A stretch of 64,000 nucleotides of DNA from Candidatus Altimarinota bacterium (GTDB taxonomy: Bacteria; Patescibacteriota; Gracilibacteria; 1-14-2-50-48-13). Of this stretch, positions 50,134 to 59,559 are shown piece after piece; the first letter of the stretch is position 1, and every line of letters begins with the position of its first letter. The position numbers and the translations under genes were made by a program. The notes below the pieces were generated by a model. That model did no database searches, had not been told where the DNA came from, and saw only the letters and a list, made by a program, of their open reading frames with translations. Location: positions 1,216,001 through 1,280,000 of the forward strand of contig JBKBWQ010000001.1 of NCBI GenBank assembly GCA_046314355.1, given 5' to 3'.

Positions 50134-52566
50134 TTACCGTTCTGGCGGAATATGATAATAGTCTATCATAAAGTCTGTAATTTCCTTAAATAAAGGTGCT
50201 GCTGTGGAGTCAGCCCATTTTGAAGATCTTGGGCGCTCAATGACTACTATAATAACATAGCGAGGTTTGTCAGCAGGGAAGAATCCGGAAAAGGATCCGT
50301 TTGTATTTCCCACTTCGTCCGGCTCATATCCTCCTCTTCCTGCTATCTGCGCAGTACCTGTCTTTCCAGCCACAAAGTAGCCGTCAGTCTTTACTACCTT
50401 TGATCCGCCGTTCTCTACCACTGACGTAAGCATAGCTGCTACAGTATCTGCTGTTTCCTTTGATATAACACGTTTGATGTACTGCACTTTACGTTTTTCT
50501 TCTTTTCCACTTGGGTGAACAATCTTATCAATAATACGCGGTGAAATGAGAATTCCACCGTTAGCCAGAGCCGAGTAGGCTTGGGCCATTTGCAGTGGTG
50601 TCACAGTGAGACCTTGTCCAAAGGCTGCATTAAAGAGTTTTGCGTCAGACCATGTATCAAAATGCGTTACAATTCCTTTTGATTCATTTGGAAGCTCTAT
50701 GTCTGTTCTGCTTCCAAATCCGAATTCTGTAATATATTTATATATGAGAGCCTTTCCAAGCTGCTTCGCGATAAAACTCATTCCGATATTACATGAGTAG
50801 TTGAGGACGTTGATCATATTCTGATATCCGAGACATTTTTCACTTACATTATGTATAGTAAACTCATCTACTTTGAGTTCGCCCTTATCCATATATCTAG
50901 TCTGAGGTGTCACTTCGCCCGCATCTATGGCTGCTGCCATGACGATAGGTTTAAAGATTGAACCAGGTTCATAGGTGCCCTGTACGGGCTTATCAAAGTA
51001 TGCCCCAGGTCCAAATTTGTTTGTATAGGCTGCCCTTTCAGCTCCTGCGGGTATAGTGCTTTTGCCGTATTCATCCACTAGGATCATCTGACCTTTATCA
51101 TCTTTATAGAACATTGGGATACCTTTCCCAGGATCGTAAGATATAGGTTCCGTCGCATAAACATCACTATAAGTATTTGGGTTGAAATTCGGATGCTGCG
51201 CCATGGCGACAATATTTCCTGTAAAAGGGTCTATGACTATGACTTGTCCTGAGTTTGCCTTAGTATCCTGCACTTTTTTCTCAAGAAGTTCCTCTACTTT
51301 TTTCTGAAGTACGCGGTCGAGCGTGAGGTAAATATCGATACCATTTTCCTTTGGCTTTAATTCATCAGCCTTAAGATCGGTAGCAATAAATCGCCCCATT
51401 GGATCACTCTTGAGCTTAAACTCTCCATCTGTACCTCGAAGCTGATTGTCAAATTCTTCTTCGATACCGTATACACCAGTCTTTTCAAAGTTCACAAATC
51501 CTATGACTGGAGATGCGAGATTCTCTTCAGGATAATATCTCCAGTTCTCAGTTTTGATACCAATTCCGTAAAAATTACGTACAGGCTTACCCTTTGTATT
51601 TGCTTTTACGTGCTGGCAGATCGGATCTGAAGGATCAGTAAGATCTTTCTGTCTTTCAGGTCTCGCATAAAAGATGGGACACTTTTGTTCTTTTATATTA
51701 AATTCTCGAATTTTTGCCGTGAGTTCAGGATGTATACGATCAACGATCTTTACATAACGGGAAAGACGCCGGGAGAGAAGAGTACCGAGCTTATCCATAG
51801 GCACATTGATGGCTTTCGCAAGTGCTTCATACTGAGGCATGATATCTCCTCCGTCTCTGCGGAGTACTTCCATAGGCTGTCCATAGATTAATCCTTCGCC
51901 TACATAAATGCCGGGCAGTTTATAATCATCAATAATCTTTTGAAGTGCAGGCTGATCCTTAGAGTAAAAAAGAGGCACAAAATTTACTTCCTTTTCCTGT
52001 AGTTTAGAGCTCATATACTCAGCAATATCCTTGATGAGGTCTTCTTTCGTTTTTTCCAGTTCTATGCTTTTAGTTTCTTTTTTCTTAACGGCAGTGGCTG
52101 CAGTCGTAGCATTTTCAAGTAATTTTGTAGTCGGTTTTCCAGTAAAATCACTGATGATCTCTACACAGGTCTTACCTTTGGCTAGTTCATAGACATGAAG
52201 TTCACAAAAATGACTGTAGAGAATGGGTGCTACATTTAGTGCCACAAACTGCTGATCGATATAGTTATCAAGTTCTTTACTATTGTATGGATTTGGATCC
52301 ACATAGAGAAGATCTAGTGGTACATTCGTAGCTACAGGTCTGTATTCTCCTGAATTATCCGCCTTTATGAAAATCTTTCCTCTCGTGGCAGGCTCTACTG
52401 TGGTGGTCACTTGCTGGTTCTCTGCAAGGGCCCTATAATATTTATAATTATTTACTTGAAGGTAAAATAAACGTATAAGTATAATAAGAGCGAATATCCC
52501 GATGAAAACTCCGATGATAAAGATACGATCTGTTGCTTTTTTTCCTCCTTTATAGTATGTCCTCAT
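50134..52566 (-). CDS. ftsI: Class B penicillin-binding protein (FtsI/SpoVD-like) with large insertions
   Basis: N-terminal TM, RGKI, RYYP, EPGSIFK (SxxK), SCN, KTGTAQ. Confidence 0.88.
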   Translation of the reverse strand: MRTYYKGGKKATDRIFIIGVFIGIFALIILIRLFYLQVNNYKYYRALAENQQVTTTVEPATRGKIFIKADNSGEYRPVATNVPLDLLYVDPNPYNSKELDNYIDQQFVALNVAPILYSHFCELHVYELAKGKTCVEIISDFTGKPTTKLLENATTAATAVKKKETKSIELEKTKEDLIKDIAEYMSSKLQEKEVNFVPLFYSKDQPALQKIIDDYKLPGIYVGEGLIYGQPMEVLRRDGGDIMPQYEALAKAINVPMDKLGTLLSRRLSRYVKIVDRIHPELTAKIREFNIKEQKCPIFYARPERQKDLTDPSDPICQHVKANTKGKPVRNFYGIGIKTENWRYYPEENLASPVIGFVNFEKTGVYGIEEEFDNQLRGTDGEFKLKSDPMGRFIATDLKADELKPKENGIDIYLTLDRVLQKKVEELLEKKVQDTKANSGQVIVIDPFTGNIVAMAQHPNFNPNTYSDVYATEPISYDPGKGIPMFYKDDKGQMILVDEYGKSTIPAGAERAAYTNKFGPGAYFDKPVQGTYEPGSIFKPIVMAAAIDAGEVTPQTRYMDKGELKVDEFTIHNVSEKCLGYQNMINVLNYSCNIGMSFIAKQLGKALIYKYITEFGFGSRTDIELPNESKGIVTHFDTWSDAKLFNAAFGQGLTVTPLQMAQAYSALANGGILISPRIIDKIVHPSGKEEKRKVQYIKRVISKETADTVAAMLTSVVENGGSKVVKTDGYFVAGKTGTAQIAGRGGYEPDEVGNTNGSFSGFFPADKPRYVIIVVIERPRSSKWADSTAAPLFKEITDFMIDYYHIPPER

Positions 52567-52645
52567 TAGGCAAAAATTGTATTAAGAGTTCATCTCCATA
52601 CTACCGGGACATAAGGATTTTTCAAACGTAATTTTCAGAATATTT

Positions 52646-53602
52646 ATGATTTCTTTTTTAAAGAGAGGAGCAGCCGTAACTTTAGCTCTTATGCTGATCA
52701 GTTCTTGCGGATCTGGACTACAGAGTAATCTGGTAGAAGATCAAATTACTCCAAAGAAGTCTCTCCAAGTCACATCATCTCCTGCTGTAACGGTATCCAG
52801 CTGTAAACCAGTGGTGATCACTTCATTTAAAAATATTAGAGATTTCATGGTAGGACCCATCTCTTACTCACTTTTAGGAGTAGAGTTTTTTGACAGCCGA
52901 CCTATCCCTCCAGAGTATATGGCGTCTCTGCAGAATGATGCTTTTTGTATCAAGGAGGATCCAGGCGTAGATGACGGACAATTTGTATATCTCATGAGTG
53001 CAGACAATAAACTTCTCAACGGAAAGATTATCCAGGATGGATTTGCGAAATCTACAAAGGATATAGATTATGTCTATAAGAGTTATTTTCAGAATCTTCA
53101 GCAAGAGGCGGATACGAATAATACTGGCTACTGGAACCCTGACTTTAAAGTGCAGAGGGCACCGCAATCAGTAAATCAAAATGTGAATGCTCCTATCACT
53201 TCAAATGGAAGTACTGATCTTTCTGTACTTACGAATACACAGAAATCTCCTCAGCAAACTGAGACTCCTGAGACATCTTCTACAAAAGCTTATAGTGTCA
53301 TCCTACCTCAGCAGGCAAAGGCGAACATAGGTGCTACTGTTGTGCTTAGGATGAAAGTAAGCTCGGTCGGACAGGGAAAGAATGTGTTTTATCTCAATTC
53401 TGATAAGGATTATGCGAGCAGCGTAAATGTGGCAGGTGTAATAGCTTTGCCTGCTAAGGATCTGACACTTCAGGATGTGGTGAAAGCTGATAAAAATCTG
53501 ATAGGAAAATATGTGGAGATGACGGGGACGATACGGAATATTGAGGGGAAGATGCAGCTGATTGTAACTGAGGGGAAGAATATACGGCTGGTACAAATGT
53601 AA
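52646..53602 (+). CDS. Lipoprotein with degenerate thermonuclease (SNase)-like and OB-fold domains
   Basis: LISSC lipobox; LLGV..FVY..LN.KII.DGFA..Y..QQEA..GYW pattern; C-terminal OB-like domain. Confidence 0.6.
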   Translation: MISFLKRGAAVTLALMLISSCGSGLQSNLVEDQITPKKSLQVTSSPAVTVSSCKPVVITSFKNIRDFMVGPISYSLLGVEFFDSRPIPPEYMASLQNDAFCIKEDPGVDDGQFVYLMSADNKLLNGKIIQDGFAKSTKDIDYVYKSYFQNLQQEADTNNTGYWNPDFKVQRAPQSVNQNVNAPITSNGSTDLSVLTNTQKSPQQTETPETSSTKAYSVILPQQAKANIGATVVLRMKVSSVGQGKNVFYLNSDKDYASSVNVAGVIALPAKDLTLQDVVKADKNLIGKYVEMTGTIRNIEGKMQLIVTEGKNIRLVQM

Positions 53603-53604
53603 TG

Positions 53605-53652
53605 TGTCATTCCCGTACTGATCTGCATCAGCATAAACTCCGGCGGGAATCC
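53605..53652 (+). repeat. TGTCATTCC-type REP-like palindrome with inserted loop
   Basis: TGTCATTCCCG-N28-CGGGAATCC. Confidence 0.65.
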
Positions 53653-53699
53653 ATTGTAAGTGTTGATTATATGGCAGTGTTTCTTAAGTGATTTGTTCT

Positions 53700-53855
53700 T
53701 CACCTGCCGGTGGGGCGTTACTTTTGTGACCAAAAGGTAACCAAAAGTCTTGGGGGAGGAGAAAAGCGTCTGGCAGAGGGGGTGCTTTCTATAGGTAATC
53801 AGACGCTTCTCCTCCCCCAAACCCCCTATGGACGGTGTGGTCTTTAGGAAGGCTC
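53700..53855 (+). repeat. ~250-nt structured repeat, truncated copy 2
   Basis: TCACCTGCCGGTGGGG...GGGGAGGAGAAAAGCGTCTG...CAGACGCTTCTCCTCCCCCAAACCCCC..GGACGGTG. Confidence 0.9.
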
Positions 53856-53913
53856 TATTAGTATGTGTCCTTTTTTATGCTATACTATTGTTAATAGAGA
53901 TAACTTATCATTT

Positions 53914-54315
53914 ATGAATTCGTCCAAACTTCCGCCTAAGGCTCCTTCTAAACAAAAAGTAGTGGTTATGATGATTGCTATTTTTGTCCTTTCAATGTTA
54001 GTGGGTATTGGTACTCATTATATGGAACATGGGACGGTGGATGTAACGACGATGTTGTTTTCGAGTATTGTTATAGGAATATTGATTGCTGTGAGTGCGG
54101 TGATAGGGTATAAGAAGAGGAAAACTATTCAGAAGGCTCAGCAATCGGGGCAATGGGCGGTGTGGCAAATATTTATTGGTGTGGGAATGCTGGTACTGAT
54201 TACGTTGAGGTCACTTATCTCAGATACGAGCTCTGTTTCGATTTATCTGCATATTTTTGGCGGCTTATTCTTTTTGATAGGCGGAGTGATGTACTTTTGG
54301 AAAAAGAAAAAGTAG
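53914..54315 (+). CDS. 4-TM membrane protein
   Basis: Four hydrophobic segments, Lys-rich ends, downstream terminator. Confidence 0.7.
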   Translation: MNSSKLPPKAPSKQKVVVMMIAIFVLSMLVGIGTHYMEHGTVDVTTMLFSSIVIGILIAVSAVIGYKKRKTIQKAQQSGQWAVWQIFIGVGMLVLITLRSLISDTSSVSIYLHIFGGLFFLIGGVMYFWKKKK

Positions 54316-54386
54316 CCTCTTTAAGACTGTAGATAAAAAAGAGTGCTCTGCGCACTCTTTTTTATCTATCAAATTTCAATAGTTTT

Positions 54387-56561
54387 TTACCCAATCTTCT
54401 CAATCGGTGCAATATTTGCTGCCAGCTTCTTTCTGCCATACAGCGGATTCTGAAAAGCAACTGTCAGCAAATCTCCCTGTACTTCAAGTACTTTTCCGAT
54501 ACCCCAGCTTGCATGTCTAATGAGGTCTCCCGGATTGTAGGTTGCTATTTCGTATGTCTCGTCTTCAAAGTCACTGCTGTAAGATGGTTCATCTATAAAC
54601 GCGCTATCGATCATTCTTTTTGCCTTCTTAGAGACGCCGTCATACTCTACAAATTCTTCTGGTATTTCTTCGATGAAGCGGGAAGAAGGGAAGTATTGAT
54701 ACTCTCCATAGAGCATTCGGCTCTTTGCGTAGCTGAGGGTAAGTTTATCTTTTGCACGTGTCATACCCACATACATAAGTCTTCTTTCTTCTTCAAGCGC
54801 CTTTGGATCAAGCTGTGATCTCGAGCTTGGGAAGATGCCTTCTTCCATTCCTACGATGTAGACATGAGGAAACTCAAGTCCTTTTGATGCATGAAGAGTC
54901 ATGAGAGTGACTGCATTATCCTGATCATCTAGAGTATCTATGTCACTCACGAGAGCTGCTTCCTCAAGAAAAGTGGCGAGGGAGATGCCTGATTCGAGTG
55001 CGTCATATTTTGATGCAACGGAGATAAGCTCCTCCACGTTTTGGAATCTTTCTTCACCTTCTAGAGTACCATCAAGGATAAATCTCTCGTAGCCTGAGAG
55101 TTTCAGTATGTGTTTCATCACTCCAGAGGCACTGAATTCCTGATTTGCTTCACGGAGAGATTTGATGAGCTCGCGGAAACTCATTAGGGCTCCTCTTGCT
55201 GCGGGAGTTAGTTCTGTAAACTCTTCTACTCTTTGTATGAGATCAAATAAAGAAATACGCAGCTCACTTGCTTTCACCTGAAGTGTCTGGATCGTTTTCA
55301 GTCCAATCTTTCTGGCTGGTACATTGATCACTCGAAGGAGACTAATATTGTCCTGAGGATTCAGAGTAAGTCGTGCGTATGCGAGGATATCCTTTACTTC
55401 TTTTCGCTCGTAGAATTTTACACCTCCGATGATTTTGTAGGGCATACCATGTCTCATCATGCCTTCCTCGAGCACTCGGCTTTGTGCATTTGTACGATAG
55501 AGAAAAGCAAACTCACTATAAGATCTATGTCCGTTTCGAATCTTTTCCTGGATCATCTGTATTATTTTCTCCACCTCGTGACGTTCATCCCGGGCTTCAA
55601 ATATATGAATCTTTTCCTCAGATTCCTTTTCTGTCCAAAGTTCTTTGTCAGTACGTTCCTGATTACATTTTATCACTGCATTAGCAGCCTTTACTATGAC
55701 CTGTGTAGATCTATAATTTTGTTCAAGCTTGATGGTCTTCGCATTTGGGTAATCCTTCTCAAAGGTAAGAATATTCTGCATATTCGCTCCTCTCCAGGAA
55801 TAAATACTCTGCCAGTCATCTCCAATCACGCAAAGATTTTTATATTTATCCGCAAGCATTTTGATCAGTCGGTACTGAGCATTATTGGTATCCTGATACT
55901 CATCGACAGAGATATACTGAAATTTTTCCTGATACTTTGCGAGGATATCCGGAAAGGTCATGAATAATTCTACTGTCTTCATGATCAGATCATCAAAGTC
56001 CAGTGCTTGAGCAGATCGAAGCTCTCTTTGGTAGATAGGGTAGAGTTCTGCTACGAGCTCATGGAAGCCGCTGGCAGCATAACGGGAAAATTTTTCTGGA
56101 GTAATAAGCTCATTTTTTGCATTGCTGATACCTCCAAGTACAGCTTTCGGATTGAACTGCTTGTCATCGATATGTCTTTCCTTAAAAATATTTTTCATGA
56201 GAGCAATTGTATCTGCACTGTCATAGATCGTGAAACTGTTTTCAAAGCCAAGATGATGAATCTCCCTCCGAAGAATACGTACACAGATGGAGTGGAAGGT
56301 TCCCATCGTGATCGTAGAATGCGGAGTATATGGGCAAAGCTGAGTTACCCGCTCTTTCATCTCATTTGCCGCCTTGTTGGTAAATGTTACGGCAAGGATC
56401 CTATCAGCAGTTACACCTTTCTCTTCCATAAGATAAGCTATTCTATGCGTCAAAGCTTTCGTCTTTCCAGAACCCGCTCCGGCTATAATCAAAAGAGGTC
56501 CTTCTGTGGTGAGGACAGCATCTTTCTGCATTTCGTTGAGACCTTCCAGGAGACGAGACAT
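54387..56561 (-). CDS. pcrA: ATP-dependent DNA helicase PcrA/UvrD
   Basis: AGAGSGKT, TFTNKAA, VDEYQD, LEQNYRS, TLHASKGLEF, EERRLMYVGMTRA, C-terminal Tudor-like domain. Confidence 0.97.
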   Translation of the reverse strand: MSRLLEGLNEMQKDAVLTTEGPLLIIAGAGSGKTKALTHRIAYLMEEKGVTADRILAVTFTNKAANEMKERVTQLCPYTPHSTITMGTFHSICVRILRREIHHLGFENSFTIYDSADTIALMKNIFKERHIDDKQFNPKAVLGGISNAKNELITPEKFSRYAASGFHELVAELYPIYQRELRSAQALDFDDLIMKTVELFMTFPDILAKYQEKFQYISVDEYQDTNNAQYRLIKMLADKYKNLCVIGDDWQSIYSWRGANMQNILTFEKDYPNAKTIKLEQNYRSTQVIVKAANAVIKCNQERTDKELWTEKESEEKIHIFEARDERHEVEKIIQMIQEKIRNGHRSYSEFAFLYRTNAQSRVLEEGMMRHGMPYKIIGGVKFYERKEVKDILAYARLTLNPQDNISLLRVINVPARKIGLKTIQTLQVKASELRISLFDLIQRVEEFTELTPAARGALMSFRELIKSLREANQEFSASGVMKHILKLSGYERFILDGTLEGEERFQNVEELISVASKYDALESGISLATFLEEAALVSDIDTLDDQDNAVTLMTLHASKGLEFPHVYIVGMEEGIFPSSRSQLDPKALEEERRLMYVGMTRAKDKLTLSYAKSRMLYGEYQYFPSSRFIEEIPEEFVEYDGVSKKAKRMIDSAFIDEPSYSSDFEDETYEIATYNPGDLIRHASWGIGKVLEVQGDLLTVAFQNPLYGRKKLAANIAPIEKIG

Positions 56562-56897
56562 GTAGGGAATAGGATTAGGGATTGGGATAAGAAGTAGTGA
56601 TGATAGTTAACCACTTTGAGAAAGGGGCAGGGGGGTTGAGCCTCTCTTAGTGTAAGTCAAAGTGCAAGTTACCAGTCACTAGTAAACTCATTTTAAGATG
56701 TACTTTATTTATAGGGGAGGTGGTGGAAAAAATCTAGGGAAAGAAAAAAAGAGGGGTAAGTGGTTCGGTAGATCCGTAGATTTGAGCTGTTAATAGTTGT
56801 TAACAACAGTTCAAACTATACATCAATAAATATTTAGAGTATTTTTGAGATATATAACAATATGTTGTAATATTTTATAAAAGTTGATACTATAAAA

Positions 56898-57254
56898 ATG
56901 AATTATTTTAGTAGAATGTCTGTTATGGCTGATAAAAGTACTTCTCATAGAGGCAGAGTAAGAAAGTTTGATAATAATCTTACTTATTTTGGTATGAAGC
57001 TTACTACTGACGAAAAAGAAAAAATTAAAAATCTTTCTCTTACTCTACATACAACGGCAACTCAGGCCGTACTTAAAGCTGTCGATATTGCCCTTGCCCA
57101 ATATGCTCATGATATTCCTACTGGCAGACGAGTTACTGCAGATGAGCTTTTATCAATGGATAAGGCGACACGAAATAAGGTGATACAGAGTCAAATGAAA
57201 TACGTTGATAAGGATGAATCTATTGAAGACGGATTTGATATTATTGATGATTAA
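56898..57254 (+). CDS. Putative antitoxin (RHH-like N-terminus)
   Basis: FGMKLTTDEKEKIK..TATQAVLKAV; acidic tail; immediately upstream of the MazF gene; start may be 56925. Confidence 0.65.
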   Translation: MNYFSRMSVMADKSTSHRGRVRKFDNNLTYFGMKLTTDEKEKIKNLSLTLHTTATQAVLKAVDIALAQYAHDIPTGRRVTADELLSMDKATRNKVIQSQMKYVDKDESIEDGFDIIDD

Positions 57255-57256
57255 TT

Positions 57257-57610
57257 ATGAAAGATATAAATCCTAAAAGAGGAGAAATATGGCTTGTCGA
57301 ATTCCAACCTAAGGTTGGAAGTGAGATTGAAAAAACTCGCCCTGCTGTGATAATAAATATTCCAGGTATTGTGAGTAGTACAAGAATAATTGTACCAATA
57401 CGTGAACAAAAAGAGCATCATAAAAAAGTATCTTTTTATGTACCGTTGGAACCTGGGAATTATAATGGTCTTAAAAAGAAAAGTACTATTGATTGCTTAC
57501 AGATAAAATCCTTTGATCTCCATAGATTTCAGAAGAGACTGGGAAAAATAACTACTGATCAGCTTGAAGAAATTACAAAGCTGATAGCTATAGAGGTTGG
57601 GTATATCTAA
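57257..57610 (+). CDS. mazF: PemK/MazF-family toxin
   Basis: PKRGEIWLVEF.P.VGSEIEKTRPAVII, IVP, GL.K.S.I...QI.S.D..RF..RLG. Confidence 0.92.
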   Translation: MKDINPKRGEIWLVEFQPKVGSEIEKTRPAVIINIPGIVSSTRIIVPIREQKEHHKKVSFYVPLEPGNYNGLKKKSTIDCLQIKSFDLHRFQKRLGKITTDQLEEITKLIAIEVGYI

Positions 57611-57613
57611 TAA

Positions 57614-58027
57614 CTACTTCTTTTCTCCATCCGGAAACAAAAACTTCACTACGATTAGACACATACCCACAATCTGCAGAAAATTCTCTCCAATCACCAG
57701 GCTTATAAATGTAGGATAGGCAGTAAAATCAATAATTCCGAAACCTATGAAAAATGTAATTACGAACTGGAAGAGAATCATTGCATAGAGTGCAATGACC
57801 AGATAGATAGACCATTTATTCCTTAGCTTAAAATATTCTTCACGTCCTTTTCTTTCAGCTTCCTTGTCTTTAATCTCTTGTTCAGAAAGCTCGCTTCTCG
57901 TGGGGAGACCTTCCAGGAGATTTTGAGAAAGACTATTCTCAGCGTGTTCCGTCACAAAATCCATCAGGCTTGAGAGGTGTTCTTTGCTTGTTTCTTCTGG
58001 TACAGGAGGAAGGATATTATCTGCCAT
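57614..58027 (-). CDS. 2-TM membrane protein coupled to the ImmA/IrrE gene
   Basis: Charged N-terminus, two TM helices, KFLFP end; start overlaps the upstream gene's stop. Confidence 0.7.
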   Translation of the reverse strand: MADNILPPVPEETSKEHLSSLMDFVTEHAENSLSQNLLEGLPTRSELSEQEIKDKEAERKGREEYFKLRNKWSIYLVIALYAMILFQFVITFFIGFGIIDFTAYPTFISLVIGENFLQIVGMCLIVVKFLFPDGEKK

Positions 58028-58511
58028 ATTCAATTTGTAAACGATAACCAATGACTTCAGGGGAGACTCCGAATATTTTTGCAATGGATGCTACATCCAG
58101 ATCCTTATAAGTATCCAGGAACTTTCTTGGGACTAAAAGATTGGCAGCAAAGGCATTTGCTTCTTTCTCAAGGGGATCTGTAGTGGATGCTCCGAGGGGT
58201 TTTCTATAGAGAATGGCATACTTATGGGGCTCATCCCCAAGCTCAGGCTGATGCAGTATCCAGTGACCGAGTTCATGAGCGATCGTAAATGCTTTTCTAT
58301 GATCCGGATCGGATTTGCTGATATACATGGTTTTGCTGCTGGGATCGATAAATCCGGCAACACTTGCATGTTCACCTATGAATTCGATCTCGACTAATGA
58401 TAGACCGTAGTTCTTGGCAATCTCAACAATATCTATGGGCGGAGTGCAGACATAGTTGTCTTCAATGATCGCCAGTGCCTTGTCTACAGCGTTTTGATAG
58501 TTTGGCTTCAT
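58017..58511 (-). CDS. ImmA/IrrE-family metallopeptidase
   Basis: PPIDI, FTIAHELGH (HExxH), EKEANAFAANLLVP, FGVS. Confidence 0.92.
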   Translation of the reverse strand: MKPNYQNAVDKALAIIEDNYVCTPPIDIVEIAKNYGLSLVEIEFIGEHASVAGFIDPSSKTMYISKSDPDHRKAFTIAHELGHWILHQPELGDEPHKYAILYRKPLGASTTDPLEKEANAFAANLLVPRKFLDTYKDLDVASIAKIFGVSPEVIGYRLQIEYGR

Positions 58512-58586
58512 AAAGGGAGGATTAATTCATCTCTATTATAAAACACCCGTGTATCATATTCAATGACTTTATTTATACTTTCAGTT

Positions 58587-59318
58587 TTATAGTACTTTCT
58601 TGATATCCGGTGTAAGCCCGAAGACAGTATTTCTAAAATTTTTGTATATATATTCCTGTTCTCCTTCTGGTGTTTCTATCACATTCATTATGTTTTTATG
58701 AGCTTCAATATATTCCATTTCTTTTTCTGCAAGTTCGAGACGTTCGATAAGTTCTTTTTTTGAAATGGGAGCTCTGTCTGTAATACGTTTTTCAAGCTTC
58801 TTAATACTTTCAGGAACAATAGCAACTATTTGAAGTCTATTTCTAAATTCAGACTTAAGAAAAACTTCAATTCCTGGAACATCCATTTCACGTAAGACAA
58901 AAGGTTTTCTCAGTTCTGTCTTTAAAATCCCATACTGTTTTCCTGCTCGTAAGGTAGGTGCAATAAACTCACCATTATCTTTACGTTCTTGAAACTCTTT
59001 TTCATCAACAAAATAGTATGTCTCTCCATTCTTTTCTCCAGGACGCATATCTCTCGTAGTCATTGAGAGGGCAAAATGTATTTTCGGCAAAAACAGCAGA
59101 CGTGTTTCATCGATAGAACAATCAGCATTATGAATCGGCTCAAATGTATCCTTATCTACAGCAACAGGCTTCTTATGGTACTTTGCAAGCTCGCCTATAT
59201 TTGTACCTTTCCCCGCTCCTGCAGGTCCCATGACAATAATGATCTTCTTTTCAGAATCATGCGGAGTTTGATCAATCTGAGTCTCAGATCCTACAAAACT
59301 GGTCTGCTTTGTATTCAT
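58587..59318 (-). CDS. gmk: Guanylate kinase
   Basis: GPAGAGKGT, SMTTRDMRPGE.NG.TYYFV, QYG, EMDV.G. Confidence 0.88.
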   Translation of the reverse strand: MNTKQTSFVGSETQIDQTPHDSEKKIIIVMGPAGAGKGTNIGELAKYHKKPVAVDKDTFEPIHNADCSIDETRLLFLPKIHFALSMTTRDMRPGEKNGETYYFVDEKEFQERKDNGEFIAPTLRAGKQYGILKTELRKPFVLREMDVPGIEVFLKSEFRNRLQIVAIVPESIKKLEKRITDRAPISKKELIERLELAEKEMEYIEAHKNIMNVIETPEGEQEYIYKNFRNTVFGLTPDIKKVL

Positions 59319-59559
59319 GTCCAAAAGAAAAAGTATATTTTTCCTATCCTACTATGTTTTAATGTAGAGTCAATAATAATCTATTCAATAGATGTGTCTC
59401 TTAGTGGAAAAGAATAAAAAGCTTAAATTGTGCTCCTCGCTAAGTTTGATCGCACTTTTTGGTTATTAGTCGTGTTAAAATAGATGTATAAAATTGACTA
59501 TTCTTATATTTATTATATATTGCTTGAAATAAAATTAAATATAACGAAGGAGAAAGAAA

